DNA of 63,515 nucleotides, the filler included, from Platydemus manokwari (Eukaryota): assembly GCA_037951405.1 (NCBI GenBank). It is 6 parts of 6 records of this genome, joined end to end, with 100 filler letters (N's around TTAATTAATTAA, not from the genome) between each part and the next. Parts side by side here need not be neighbours in the genome. Positions count along the whole stretch, not along the records: positions 11,940 to 21,512 come from JBBMOY011230765.1; positions 21,613 to 31,110 come from JBBMOY011240208.1; 4 more parts are not named here. One strand, written 5' to 3'. A program made the translations under genes and the position numbers. Positions 12,721-27,000 of the stretch are shown in pieces (positions within the stretch are counted from its first letter, which is position 1; each line of letters begins with the position of its first letter). Below the pieces are notes generated by a model, which saw only the letters and a list, made by a program, of their open reading frames with translations, was not told the origin of the DNA and searched no databases.

Positions 12721-15600
12721 ATCTCACTCTGGAAACTTTAATGCGGATTATGAAATGAATATATGATTATATTATAAATCAATAATCAAATAAATAAATT
12801 GATCTTTATAAAATATTATTGTTATTCCAATAAATAATATCAAAATTCAAATAGAATGACAGTACAGTTAAATAAAATAAACAAGATTTTAAGCAAATAA
12901 CAAGGTGGGAATTCTGTTTTAGTTATTCAACTATTAATGGGTTTTATTATGATATAATTTTATTGATTTTTAGTCTCTTATAAAGTTTGCTTGTAATAGT
13001 ACTCAGACGCTTTTATCGTTTATTAGATCTAATGCATCTTAATCACTACTATAACATCGTTATTTGATTTTAAGATTTAAGTATTTAATTAGGTCCTAGT
13101 TGAATTTGTATTCAAGATAGAACATATGTTGGGTTTTGGGGCTTATAAACTAAATCCAACAATTGAGTTCAATTAAAAAAAATCTAATGTAAAATCAAAT
13201 TAATCCTCTCGACTTTCAGTCTATTTGAATTATTTAACAAATTACCATAAAATTATATTTAACAAAATAATATTATTCAATAAATCAAAAGCCACAGACG
13301 CATTAAATAAAAAAATCCGCTATTGAAAAACAAATATACAACTTTAAAAATACGTCATAATTCAACGATAGTTTTAATTAACTAAACGGATCAAAGCTCC
13401 TTAGATTATAATATTTTCAAGCAAAAACGATTAACTCAAAAAAAATTATGGTATTGAGTGGCTGGTTCGAATTTCACGAATCTACCAATGGAATAAATAA
13501 TATTTTAACAATCTAGATTTAAAAATATGATCAAACAAATTTTAATTTTCGCACTTTAGAATTATTCTCGTTTAAATTCTAAGTCCACTATAGCCACAAA
13601 TTTGCTAATTTTCTTTTATGTAATCTTCTGAGCTTGTTAGTTCGTCTCCTCGACAGTCGTATTGCTAACGGCAGTTTAAAGCGTAAATTTCAAGTTTAAG
13701 CTTTTATCGTCTAAATTTTTGTGAGCGAAAAATTCTAATTTTCGAAGTCTATTTATACCATTTTAGAAATGGAAATTCTACTTAAGAAATTTAAAATATT
13801 TTTATTTTCCCACTTCAAAATTAAAATAATTTTTATTTTCCAAAAATTTATTCCATTTATTTTAGAAAATTTGTTTTATTAATTATATTATTTTAGAAAT
13901 TCCATGAATGTTTAGAACTTATAAAGAATTAATTTTGAAATTTCTATAGTAAATTTGCTCATTTAAACAAATTTCATTTTTTATAAGAAATTTTTATTTT
14001 CTTCATTAGGCGCTCTGTTTATTATTTTGTGTTGTCCCATTTTATTTTAATTTATCTTTATTTTTAACAAAAGTGTTAATTATTTTTAAAATATTATTAA
14101 TTATTACATGTACACCGATATTACTGATATACATTGAAAATCAATGAAGGGCTTGGGAATATACATTTGCTAAAGTAAATATTAGAGACAATCAAGATAA
14201 AAAATAAATCAAAAAGTTAAAATCAATTTATACATGGCCGTGCTTGAACTATTCATCAATGTTCATTCGTCATTAAAGTTCTCACCACCTCGATGATCCC
14301 ATTGCTGCTTTGTTGTGGATTATGGGCTTTGTTTTATTCTCTCCTCCTTCTTTCTCCGGTTGACCCTTGCAAGCTTATTTCTACGACAGACGATGTCATT
14401 CCAGATCCCCTCATCGTCCATGTCAATTCGATCTTGTATGCTGGTACTTCACAACAAACATATATATATATATGGTTAGGAATACGGAACCTGCGCTTCG
14501 TCCTTGATAAGAGTCGGATATTGGTAGAGTTCATTCATCCATATCTCAACTATCGCAGAATTTATAATATGGTGTATCTTTAGCTTCTTGAATCAAATCT
14601 AAATTTCTTTTCATTGAATTTTGAAAACTATTTAGTTGTTATAAAAATGTTTAACGCAATGAATATGAAGTCCTTTCACCATTTTAAAAAGAGTATTGCA
14701 CTACAGTAATTTTTGTATTGTGATATATCACTGATTCCGTCTTTTCGCAAATTGAGATCTGTGTATAATATGGAGACTATCACGGGACTAAATATGATTT
14801 TATTAACGGTTTGCCTTCTGAGAAGCGAAGTGCTATTGTCTCAATTAAATCCCTGAGTTCTATCTTCTGTAGCATTAGTCACAATAAAAATAAACGATAA
14901 CTAAAAACAAAGCTTTGTGATAATAAAATCTTATTACTTTCGTTTTAATTCATATTCTCGATTTGATTAATCTTTACAGAGTTTAAGATTGAATGTATTT
15001 GATTATTTGGGTTTCAATTGTTTGTGATTTATTCGACGGGTTCGATTTGACAAAATTAGAATTTATATGGTTTGTTTCGGAGCAAATTATTGTGAATATT
15101 TAGCTTTGTTCTCCCATTAATCTTGTTATATGTAAGGTTGTAACTATAAGGTTGTAAAATGACTTTCATGTAACAGTGGCAATTCAGAAATAACATAGGC
15201 GTTTTAATTTTAAGTGTTAGGCCTGGTAGTACTAAGTTTTTAATCTGATTCAACTATAGCTTAGAATACTCGTTAAGTAAAAATAATAAATACATTCATC
15301 TTATATGATTTCAAATTAGAACTCTGCTCCGATTTGAAACTGTGATATCACACATAAATTTATGTATTATATTTTCTTTTTGTGGTAAAAAGCTAATACG
15401 ACCTGCAGAAAAGTGGCCATGAAGCTAGAGTAGCAACGATAACACTTATTTCTAAAATGGATCCTTATAATACATCTATATCTCATATCTCATATATATT
15501 ATGTAATTGCATTTTGATTCCAAATCAGGATATCCCTCATAATAAAATAAACAAATCTATGAAGCACCTTAATTAACCAAAGAATTTATTTAAACACAAA

Positions 15601-18154
15601 TTAAAAATCGTTAATTAAAATATTTGAATACGAATAGAAATATTCTGTGAAAATCTGAGAATTCCTAATTGTGTGCCACATTTCAATGGCGTATTCCAGC
15701 CAACAGAGTTCAGTAAATCGTTCATTTTGCGTAACACAGAAATGTTTGCGTAGTAATCCAAAAATCGATTGTTGAAATGTTCGCGCTTCTTGTTCGAATA
15801 TCGGATCTAAACATGGAAAATCAATAAATTTGAGATTATCAGATTCCATATGCCTATGATGTACAAAAGATCCAACAACTAATGAAGATCAGAATACGCA
15901 CACCAGGAAAAAATTACACGATAACACCTCAAAGCATATCAAAGCATCACCTTTATCACCAAAAAGAGGCATTCTGATAAATTTAATCGGTCTGTGAATC
16001 GATCGATTTAATCGCTTTTCGATAATTTCATCATCTTCGTAATCAGAAATGCTTTCGCTCATATTTGATGGCACATCGACAGGCTCCTCAGCCGTCATTA
16101 CGATTTCTTCATCTTCTGACCCATTTTCAGATTTTGGTCCTTCTAACTGAACAACACTAGAAGAATTATTGTGCAATTTCTCTGAAACAATACCAAATCA
16201 TTAAAATATCAATAATCATTCTTATTATATCAATAACAATGATTATAATTGGTAATATAATAATATAAATATCAATCGCTTATCAATTATTATGTCGATG
16301 AATAATAATATAAATGATTTGACAATATCAATATTATTATTTATTATAATGATCAATACTACTGGTATTAATTATTAATTTAATCAGCACTATTACAGTC
16401 AGTACAACTGAAATTATTTATAATTAAAATCAATACAATTGATATTATTTATCATCATGATCAATACCATTGATATTATTAATTATTACAATCAATACCA
16501 TTGATATTATTAATAATTAAAATCAATACAATTGATAATATTTATCATCATGATCAATACCATTGATATTATTTATAATTGCAATCAATACCATTGATAT
16601 TATCAATTATTACAATCAATTCCATTGATAGCATTTACTATCACGGCCAATACCATTGATAACAATTACTTTCACAATCAATCTCACTGATATTATCTAT
16701 TATTACGATAAATACCGCTAACATTAATTATTAATCCAATCAACAGTGGCGATGTTATAACAATATCAATAAGTGGCAATATCTGTATAACGATCAATAC
16801 CATTGATATTATTTATTATTACAATCAATACCATTGAAAATATTTATCATTGCAATCAATATAATTGATAATATTTAATATATTCAATATCAACAGTTAT
16901 TATTCATTAAATCAATCAATAAATTATTATTATCTAAACCACTTATTAAATTACCAATAATAATACTTCACACATCACTGAACAATACATCAATCAATAA
17001 ATACCACAACCAAATTAACCCAAAATCTATATCCCATTACTTTACACAAAACAATACCTCTTTGTTGCTGGAATTTTTTCTTTAATTTTGCGTTGTGTTT
17101 CAACGATTGTTTGTTTTTGACATCTTTCAACCAGGAATGTAATGCATTTTGTTCATCGGTTCTGAAGCGATACCCAATCAAACATTGATTGATACAATCA
17201 ATATATTCCGAGATCTGATCTTTGCTAACATCTCGTTTCTGGCACATATTTTCAACGAACACCATTTGAGCCACATAATCATGGAATTCTATTGATAAAC
17301 GTTTAATAAATATCCAACATGTCCAGATCGAACCAACCGTGAAAATCGGACTGATTCATCATGTTTCGAGGTTCATCTAATGGCAAATGTGAGGGGTTGC
17401 ACGATATCCACGGTTTCAACCGATGAGCCAAATCAAGAAGTCTCAACAACCGATAGTTAACTATGTGATCATCGACAACAAGAACGACATGACAGACAGA
17501 AAGAAGGTATGAAATGATCTAGATATATTGATTTTTAAACATTAAATTATAAACTGGTCATATTGATCTGTATTATAATCTAAGACACGTAATCTAATCA
17601 CCTCGATAGTCAAAATGTCCGGAGAATATGACATTTTAATTTTTCCTTCATTTTCTGTATCGTCGTTGGAATAAACTTTAATCTTTTTTTCTTTTTCCAT
17701 TGATACACCCAAATGGTTGATATTCAAAATATGCTAAAACAGACTTAAATACATAACATAAATTATAGTTGTAACTTGTGTGTCTAACAGTATCACACGA
17801 TCAGCGGTTACATGTATATCAGTACCCAATGTTTTCGGAGAAAAATTTAACAAGTCCGAAGAGGTTGAAGTATCGAATGGTTTGTTGGTTTTGAAATCAT
17901 CGAAATTATTGGCCAACATATTTAAAATAAAAGATTTGCCTACTGTCTGGAGATATTTATTTTAGACAAATGAAAATATTATTTACTTGTTTCCCAATAA
18001 CACCTACAACAATGAAACCAGTATTTTGAGTTAAGCGATTTTTTATGTAATCTTGATTCACTATTTCAAAATCCTTGGATATAAATTTACACGGTTCTTC
18101 AAATGTATCATAATGTGCAAGTGTTACTGCATCACAATCTCGTAAACCTTCCAT
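15601..18154 (-). CDS. SMG9: SMG9 nonsense-mediated decay factor; exons 18154-17987, 17946-17776, 17733-17602, 17518-17338, 17288-17058, 16181-~15950, ~15878-15601
   Basis: Spliced frame gives P-loop IVVGVIGKQ|TVGKSFILNMLAN, DRVILLDTQ, ISYLLSVCHVVLVV, HRLKP, MVFVENM and C-terminal FTELCWLEYAIEMWHTIRNSQIFTEY, matching the SMG9 motif order. Four introns of 40-83 nt plus one of 876 nt; the last junction is less certain. Confidence 0.88.
16429..16885. repeat. 31-bp minisatellite with palindromic core ATCAAT-acc-ATTGAT inside the long SMG9 intron
   Basis: Unit starts at 16429, 16460, 16491, 16522, 16553, 16584, 16615, 16646, 16677, 16708, 16739, then 16793, 16824, 16855. Confidence 0.9.
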
Positions 18155-19559
18155 TACGTTGATATATAAACTGCAATTGTTTTTTAAATTTTTTTAAATA
18201 AAAGAAGAAATATTAAAACACAGATAATTGAATTATAAATTATGAAATATGTTAGTTAAACCATAAAATAAATTTAATAATGCATTATTTTCTATAAGAA
18301 TTTAATTTACTATTATTATTAAAAAAATTATGTTATTTATCAATATTGTTTTGATTTAATTTATAATTTTAGGATTTTATGATTAATATCAATGTTGATA
18401 AACAACAAATTTTATAAAAGCCTTATTCATAACATGATACATTAAGCATATGAAATGAAACTACGTATCTTATTAAAAATTTATCAATATTTTAATATAA
18501 TACTTAACAATATAAATAATTTTAACTATTAACTTTAGTTTAATTTTTGAAATTTTCAGTTTAAATTATCGTGTAATTTCAGTCATTAACTTTCGATTTT
18601 TCATATAACGACCTGCAAATAGTTGATAACTATAAATATCATATTTACATATTCAATTGGAAATTATTACCCTAAACCAACAAAGTACAAGCTGTTGGTT
18701 TATATTTATATATGACAGTGGCAAGACTGGGTATATATGTGATTAACATGATTTTTAAGAATTTTATTTATGTGACTGTTCGCAACCCCAATGTGATTAT
18801 AATTGTAATTATTATCATGATCATATTTAATTATGCTTATTCCCAACATTGTATTTAAATAACATATATAACTATTATACAACTATGGGTTACTGATAAT
18901 ACTGATGCTCAAACAAAAACCATAATAAATTTGATAGTGGATAACTTATTACTATCTAGAATCAATTACATGTGGTAATAAAAAGATCCAAACAAATTAA
19001 ATGAAAAGGTGTGATGATTTTTGTATTAGGTAATCTGGTCTTGTGATCCAGTTAAATGGAATAACAGTTACAAAATAAAATTTAAAGTTTCAATAAATAC
19101 ATAACATCGTTCCGAATAAGAATAAATCATTGACAATATCCATTATTCTTTGAAATTATCGAATAAATATTGTCAATTTGTTACTTTCGGGGCTTTCAGA
19201 TTTTATTGTTTTATTCGTCTTATTTCAATTGCACATCATTTTTGTCTTAAAGAGCTCTTAATGAGCTCTTGATTTAGGCTATGAGTATAATCTATCTTAA
19301 ATTGTCTCAAATTCACCTGGTGTAACCTTACAGTGTAAAGACAATAGTTATGGAAATATATTTTACTAATGTCTCAGTTTATGTACCTTACTTAAATTCC
19401 TAATTATGCTGACACCAATGATAATGATAAATGATTTATAATCCCTACCTAATCAAAAACTAATGCTTACTACTACAAATGTTAATTAATAAATAATAAT
19501 TACACAAACTGGTTAACAAATAAAATTATAACTTGATTTTAAAATTTTACTATACATCA

Positions 19560-19870
19560 ACCTATTGGTGGACCTTAACAACTTCTTGGAATAAAGTGAC
19601 GGTTTATAACCATGCACATTTGTATCAAAACCAATTACCGAATAAATTTGAGACACAGCTCGATAATAAGAGGTAAAATATGTTTATAATAAACCTCAGT
19701 AGTTTACACAAATGTATCTTACTGTAGGATCTTCCAGTAAAATACTGAGCATATAGGAAATCCTGGTTTTCGAAGCTGAATCGTCTTTTCTCGTTCTGTT
19801 CTTGAATGCAGAATAATGTGTCCTGTACCCAATTGCAATAACTTGTAACTGTGTCTTCAATAATATGCAA
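19560..19870 (-). mobile_element. Highly degraded Ty3/gypsy RT relic
   Basis: Minus-strand LEDPTVRYICVNY*GL resembles the gypsy RT motif KxDGTxRxCVDYRxLN; many stops. Confidence 0.3.
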
Positions 19871-21512
19871 ATACTATTTTAAACTGATTTCAGTCAAGTG
19901 TTCCATGAATTATCAAGACATGAAAAAACACACTGTTTAAATAAAAATTGATGCAATAAAGATTAACGCACATGTCATGTGTATTGTCATGCGTAAAAAT
20001 ACAAATGTTATAAAAACTGCTACGCAAGGGTGCACAAAGTTTGAGTCTGAATTCCTAATTTTATCAACACCCAAAAAATTTATTTCATGGAGGAAGAGAA
20101 TATAGTGACTCTTCCATCGTTATTAAATATACTAAATTCATATTGAGTATCTTATTTATATGCAGGGAATATTAATCCCGCATAAATAAGAGAGTAATAG
20201 TTTTTTAATTGATAATAATATAGTTGTGTTAAACTGTCTTGAATTTGTGATTCGATTTATTCTCTAATAGTTCCTATGCTTAATGTGAAGATTAAGAGAA
20301 GTATTTCTGCGATGCTTCATTACCAATTAAACTTGTAAATTATGTAATCTGATGTAAGTATAGAATTTCTAATGAAGAGGTAATTTAACGTCAAATCAAA
20401 TATTTGTATGGGATCTAAACTGTTAAACGCCCGGTACTTTATTTCTTACTGGTAGCTCCTTAATTAAATAATGAAATGTTGATCCTTTACCAAACAGGTG
20501 AAATTTTGTTTCTCAGACCCAGAAAATAATAAAATTATTGATATTTTAAGTGTTTTTGTTTTTTGGTATGTTTTACTCATTGCTGGGGTTTCAATAATCT
20601 CAATCGAAGACGAAGTTATCATAAATTTAGATGAAATCTAAAAGTAGACTAAACTAATGTTATATCATTGTATTTAACCATTACAGCAATAGACATATGC
20701 TTTGTAGATAGAATTGTAATTGTGAAGATGTTATGTAAATAATTATCATGTTTTACCGGCACTGTGTTCTATCAAATAGTTATCAAGAGGATAATAATAA
20801 TTATTATTATTAAAGTTTATTTAGCGAACAAAAATCTACAAAATTTTGAAGAATTACTAAGTTAAGCAACGTGTCACGCAAGTCAGTTATTGTAAATATC
20901 CACTTGATTGATATGGAATCCAAATGTAAGAATGACGAATTTGCAATGAAATAAACAAGTGCAATAGTTTATAAAAATATTTGACTTAAAAATCAATAAT
21001 GTTATTTATTGAAATCATAATGTGCGTTGTTTCATACAATTAATGATAAATTTATCGATTTACTTCAAAATGGTTTCTCGTCTAGTGATGAGATTTTGCA
21101 TAAATTAAATTTACGATTGTGATAATTACTGTGGGAATAGTTTGTCAATATAAAATTTTATTTATAAATTATTTTATGTGTTTTGTGTTAAAAAAGTGGT
21201 GATTATAAAAAGACTTGAAAATTTATCCACTTACTTATCATATCTTATTATTCTCTCATTTCTTTCTGAAATTTTGTTTTGTTACTATTTTTATTCTCTA
21301 AGAAATTCGTGTTATAGTTATTTTCACCACATCATATTGTTGGGATTTTTGCCCAACAATTATTTCACACTGAAAAAACTATGCCAAACATTGTATAAAT
21401 TTTTATAACTAAGCATGGTAATACGTACGAAATGTGCATTAATTCTTATATAATCTTTTATCTTAATAATTCTCGGAAAATTTGAGTGAAAACCGGCTTA
21501 AAATAGTATAAT

Positions 21513-21612
21513 NNNNNNNNNNNNNNNNNNNNNNNNNNNNNNNNNNNNNNNNNNNNTTAATTAATTAANNNNNNNNNNNNNNNNNNNNNNNNNNNNNNNN
21601 NNNNNNNNNNNN
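21513..21612. other. Artificial contig spacer
   Basis: N44-TTAATTAATTAA-N44. Confidence 0.97.
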
Positions 21613-21619
21613 GTTTTGC

Positions 21620-22690
21620 TTCTGCGAGTCCCACAAATGTGTGAGTTCATCCAATTGAGTGCGTTGTTGATGTCATTCACGTCTATTTCGGTTTTTGCTG
21701 ATTGACATAGAGTGCACCACTGTCAGTCTGATTACATCATGCTTGCTCGTGAGGAAATGGTAGGCATGGATGATTTATTGCATTATATAATCTTCTGTCA
21801 TATTGGAGGCATATAGGTAATTTGTACTGCAATATTTTGGTACACCCAGTATCATAATGTCGAATTCGTTGAGTTTTATATAGGTGATATAATAATTTCT
21901 CAGGAAGAAAGTGCATTTCGCATAGATAAAGCAGAATTGAATTTGTGAGCATTTCCATCGTAGTTTTCAGATCGTTGAATAGATTTTCTGTGGTATTGTG
22001 TAACTTCAGAGAAAAGTTCACACCCAAATATCGATAATGGTTTTCCATAGTGTTTATTGGAATTGGTTCATTGTTCACTTCTAAGTTATCTAACATAGAA
22101 CCTTTTCTTTCATTGTGTAGGTATACGCATTTTGATGGTTTGAACTTGAATCCGAGTGAGGTCGCTAGTTCGAAAGCCTCGTTGATCATTGATTGTATAC
22201 TATTGGCGTCCCTACTGATCAGCGCAAGGTCATCAGCATATGCCAGGCAAGAGATTTTATTATTAGCCAATAATTATCCACCCAATCGGTTTGGATTCAT
22301 CTTTACAACAATTGGGTTCATTGAAATTTTGAATAACAACATTGATATTGGGCAACCTTGACGAATCCCACGTTTCATTTCAACCGGACACGTCTCACAA
22401 TCTCCACATTTGAACGTAGTCTAGCTATTGTTGTACAGGTATTTGACCATTTTTATAACATCTTCATCTAGGCCCATATATTCCAATATCTCCGTCGTTG
22501 CTGTGATATTTATCGAAAGAAAGACCTCAATGTCCATGAATGAGATGTGAATGTCATCTCTTCCTTTTCTTGAATAGTTTTCTAATAGAGCTCGAAGAAT
22601 AGTTGTGCTCTACGCACCCATCAGTTGGCCCCAGACTCTTTTGCAATGGATGAATTAGGTCTCATCGATGTTCTCATCGATCCAACTCGA
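21620..22690 (-). mobile_element. Degenerate non-LTR retrotransposon reverse transcriptase (R2/NeSL-like)
   Basis: Minus-strand motifs DGCVEH, VEMKRGIRQGCPISMLLF, CLAYADDLALI, GFKFKPSKC and YRYLGV, broken by frameshifts and stops; truncated at the contig edge. Confidence 0.85.
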
Positions 22691-23541
22691 TTTATAGCTT
22701 TAACTGAAATTCCTACCACAATTATATATGGAAAGTTTTCGGTATAACTAAATTTTAAACTTCTCAACTTTATTAATTGACTGACAAAATTCATGATTCA
22801 TTTCAGTTTGACAACTTTTGTGAAGCTAAACTTTTACTCTAAATCGTACCTCTTCATTTGAAAAGATGGCAATAAAAAGGTTACTCGAGATATTAGTAAT
22901 AAGACTTTTAATAAAGGAGCATTAATTTACAAAAATTAGGTTATTATATATCATCTTATTTCTGATGATGTATTCAGATCATTGGAGATTAATTGGTAAG
23001 TAACAACTAATAATCGCGCAAATCACAATCATATTAACGAATCTCCCTTTCACAAGTAATTTGACATAAGTTATAAGTATATCGAAATTTTTCAAAACCT
23101 AGGTAAAATTCGAAAGTTTTGTTTAAAATTTTGAAACATCTTCATTAATTTGTTTTGATATTATTAAAATAAATAGTTGGATATGCAATCCCAACAAGTT
23201 AAAAAGGACGTATTTCAACATCCATACGATTACAAAATACATTAACAAGAACATGATTCAAAAAAACATTTATTTGTATAGCAATTAAATGAATTTAAAA
23301 ATAAATTTTTAAATTTTACTATGATTAATTCTAAAACGTTTATTAAATGTTTAAAAAATTAATTTGTAATGACCTTAAATAATTCTATAATTATAACAGT
23401 AATTGAACTTACATATTAAATGTAGTAAAATACATATTTTTCCAAAAAATTCTTGATAAAATATCACATACTAAATATAATAAAAATCTTTAAATTTTTC
23501 AAAAATTTTATCACATTTAAATGAAGTTATAAAATTTTCAT

Positions 23542-24087
23542 TTATTTGAAAATAATTAAGTAAAACAAACCTATTGATAAACCTTTTCCTAAAATTTCCA
23601 ATAAAATAAATTCACTTAATTCCGGATCGATCACGCATTTTAATTTATTCATTTCAGTTTTAATATTTACATCGAAGGCAGAAATTAAAGTAAAAGTGGA
23701 CTTTTCGTTTTTCAATTTCCATTTCAATAACTTCAAATAATTTACGAAGTTTTTTCTTGCCAGAGATTTTATATCCAATAAAAACAAAATGGAACATTTA
23801 CTATAATTGATGAATTTTAATGTATTATAATGGCAGTCGTAATTGTTGAAGGTATCAGAATCTTTATCACACCAGATTTTTTTGTTTAATAATGTTTTTT
23901 TTAATTCTTCAACAAATCCACAAAAAAATACATTGAATGACATACGAATATTAAAATCGTGCAAAACAACTAACGGGTAACTATAACCGTAAGATATTGT
24001 ATATAATGTAGGTGACTTCACATCTTTTAAATTTTCAGGAGTTTCTCCTATAACAATTGACATTTCATTAAAACTATTTTCATTCAT
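23542..24087 (-). CDS. Hypothetical 181-aa protein with TIR-like alpha/beta pattern
   Basis: Long ORF in very AT-rich DNA, preceded by a short GT-AG 5' intron (~24096-24134). FVEELKKTL-KIWCDKD-FINYSKCSILFLL-KSL follows TIR alphaA/betaB/alphaB/betaC spacing. May splice onward at ~23583. Confidence 0.45.
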   Translation of the reverse strand: MNENSFNEMSIVIGETPENLKDVKSPTLYTISYGYSYPLVVLHDFNIRMSFNVFFCGFVEELKKTLLNKKIWCDKDSDTFNNYDCHYNTLKFINYSKCSILFLLDIKSLARKNFVNYLKLLKWKLKNEKSTFTLISAFDVNIKTEMNKLKCVIDPELSEFILLEILGKGLSIGLFYLIIFK

Positions 24088-27000
24088 ATTGATTTCTAAA
24101 CATAAAAAAAATAAATATCTTCTGAAAAATTTACCAGGTACTTTGAAATACTTATATCATCAAAAACTATTTAATAAGATAATTGATTGTGTCTCTATAG
24201 AGTCAATATTTCAAACAAATAAAAATGAATAATGATAGTTCTAATAGTTCTAATGATAGTTTTAATAATGATAGTTCGAAAATAAGTCAGTATTTTTTCT
24301 CAAATTTTCTCAAGAAATTTTAATTATTACATAGATATCATTGAAGCTTTATTTATAATAATTATTTTCAAAATCAAATTATTTCTTGAACTTTTATTTA
24401 ATTTCACATTTATTTTTAGATTTGTCAATTTTTTTAATTTATGTTTTAGACAAGTTTTGCAATTGAAAATATTTCATTTATTGAGAATATTACTTAATAA
24501 TGAAATATTTCGTATTGTCTATTCGTGGAGACTGACTTTTCATTTTTATTCGAATATAATGAATATATAATGAATCTGTATATTTTAATTAACTTCTGAT
24601 CGGGTGCAAAGATCTATAAAGTTGTGATTTTAAAATTTTTGGAATTTATTTATACGTGGATTTTGCTTATTTTATTAATGGTTTAGTAGTTTGTCATCTT
24701 GTTTTTTAGTGGTTTGGGAAAAATCAATGTCAACGTGTCAACTAATACATTGCAGTCTTTTCTCGTTTATAGCATTTATTACGAGGAAAGCCATTTAACT
24801 CGCTCATTCTGTCTGTTTATTTACAAACATTAAATAGAATAATTACGATAAAGGTCCTTGTATTTATAATATAATTTTTGATGATGAATATTAATTATTG
24901 AAGATTAATGTCCATGTTATCAGTAAGAGCATGATTTAATATGTAATAATTTATATTTTTAATATATAATTTTATCCCCGAATAAATCTTTGAATTTCAA
25001 ATCTTCTATTTAATGTTATAATTGTACAGATGTTATAATTATGACTAACAATTTAAAAATCAAAATAATTCTTTTTAATTAAATATATTTGGTCATATAT
25101 GTATTTGTTTTATTTTAATTGTCGATAGTTTGAATAAACTAGTTTTTATTATTCATAAATAAATTTTTGGCATCATTTTAATTATCAGAGTGATTATTAA
25201 TTTTATAATTAATTTAAAATAAAATCATCTCTCTATTTGTTAACCGAAGAAATTAGAATCTGTTTAAATAATGTGCCATTCATTAACCTGGAATTAATTT
25301 TAATTCCGGTAACTGTCTGACAAAAGTAGCATCTAATCGATTGTGTTTGTTTGGCAAAGTACGCGCAATTTCAGAAGAAATGGCAGATCGAGAAATATCG
25401 CTATGGTTTTATTGATAAGCATTCAAAATGAGATTGTCATTCTGATAATCAAGTGAGGGTAATGGCAATTGAATTTGCTATTTTATTTACTTAAGCAATA
25501 TCAAGTGAAATGATAGATTGGCATCTGCAGAAATTCTTGAAATCATTAAAGTCCATTTATGAAATTCACAGTCAGTACAGAGACTAGTGAAAATAGCGAT
25601 GTTGTGCATCGGTACTAATCAATGAACTTGTTGTTTGTCTTTTTAAAGGGCAGTTCGATTAAAAATTTTAATTTGCAAATTTTCTTTCCAACTTTGTATT
25701 CGGTAAAAAAATATTGGTTTATTCATTCACGTCTTTCCTTTGCAAAAGATTTTTTCATTTGAAATATATTAAAATAAAATTTATTTGAAATTTGTTTTAA
25801 AATAAATATTTGAGATTGCCAAAATAAGGAAATATTATTGCTTAATAATTTATAAATTTACTCTTTTTTGTTTTCGTGGAAAAATGATAATTGGTTGGTT
25901 AAAACAAAGTGTCGGCATAATTGACGAAAATATACTAAATAGAAAGTATATTAATTTAGTAAATATAAGAACTTTAAGATTAAATGGAATAAACAAGATT
26001 CAGAAACGTATTATAATATCATTGGAATTACTTGATATATTATGTTTAAATTTTTCATTTTTAATATATATATTGAAGTACAAAATATTTGTTTGGTAAT
26101 TCATCAAGTATTAGCATGGTTTCGATATTTATAGATTAAAATTCTAAATTTTATCAAAACAATAAATTTATATCAATTGTGTAAATTTCAAAAACAATTA
26201 GATAATAATAATATTATTAGATTAAATAAAGGTTTGAATTTAATTTGCTTTCCAACTCTGATTGTTAAAAATCTTTATAATGCCCATAAAAAGTATTTAA
26301 TAAGCAATTTAAAATCAAATAATACTTCACATTAATTTACATCGTGTAATACTAGTTGTTAAGAGAAATATGTAGCCCGATCATGAACTGTAAACAAATG
26401 AAAACAACCGCGGTGCTTCTATCTGTCGATATTTCGAAAGAATCTCATTTGACAAAGATATGATAAATATCAAAATCCAAAGAACTAGAAAATTCGTTCA
26501 AATCTACTTGGAGGTGTCGGAGGTGAGAATATTGTTTAATACTTGTACTTCAACGAAAAGAAATTGAGGATAATAAAAGCAGCAAAATCTAGATTTATTT
26601 CATCATATAGTCAAACCTGTATCTAATAAGGACAGCTCCACAATTGTAGTTAATGTCATGAAAGCTAATGGGTTTCTTCATCACATTCAAGAAAAAATCC
26701 CTTGTGATCCAATCATATCTATTAAATCTATAAACTAGAAGTTGTCTTAGCTCAATATTTAAACAAGCAAAACTCCTTAGAAATTTCGACGAATAAAGGT
26801 GCGTATATATTGATATAATCTTTGGTAAACATATAAAAATAATTATTCGGCTTCCAACTGGTAGTGTAACGTTTTGATTTGATCTTTAATTCTCAATTTT
26901 AAATTGAATTTATCGATTTTCTTTCATCGAGATTGGTCAATCCTTATGTATGAGTTACTGTGTCGTTATGCCCATTTATCGAATTAGCGTCTACCATCTA

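Noticed and set aside
13455-13490. tRNA gene (GGTTCGAAT T-loop-like)
   Set aside because: No acceptor, D or anticodon arms can be formed upstream.
14230-15300. Possible minus-strand gene; ORFs 14293-14583, 14334-14534, 15056-15253
   Set aside because: Coding-like composition but no recognisable motif or consistent exon chain.
16429-16885. CRISPR array
   Set aside because: Linkers are homologous to each other and only 16 nt, there are no cas genes, and it lies in a eukaryotic intron; it is a minisatellite.
17519-17601. In-frame TAA read as Gln (alternative genetic code) in SMG9 via two tiny introns
   Set aside because: A single 83-nt GT-AG intron gives ILTIE|IISYLLSVCH, which aligns without gaps to the SMG9 motif; other genes end normally at TAA/TAG.
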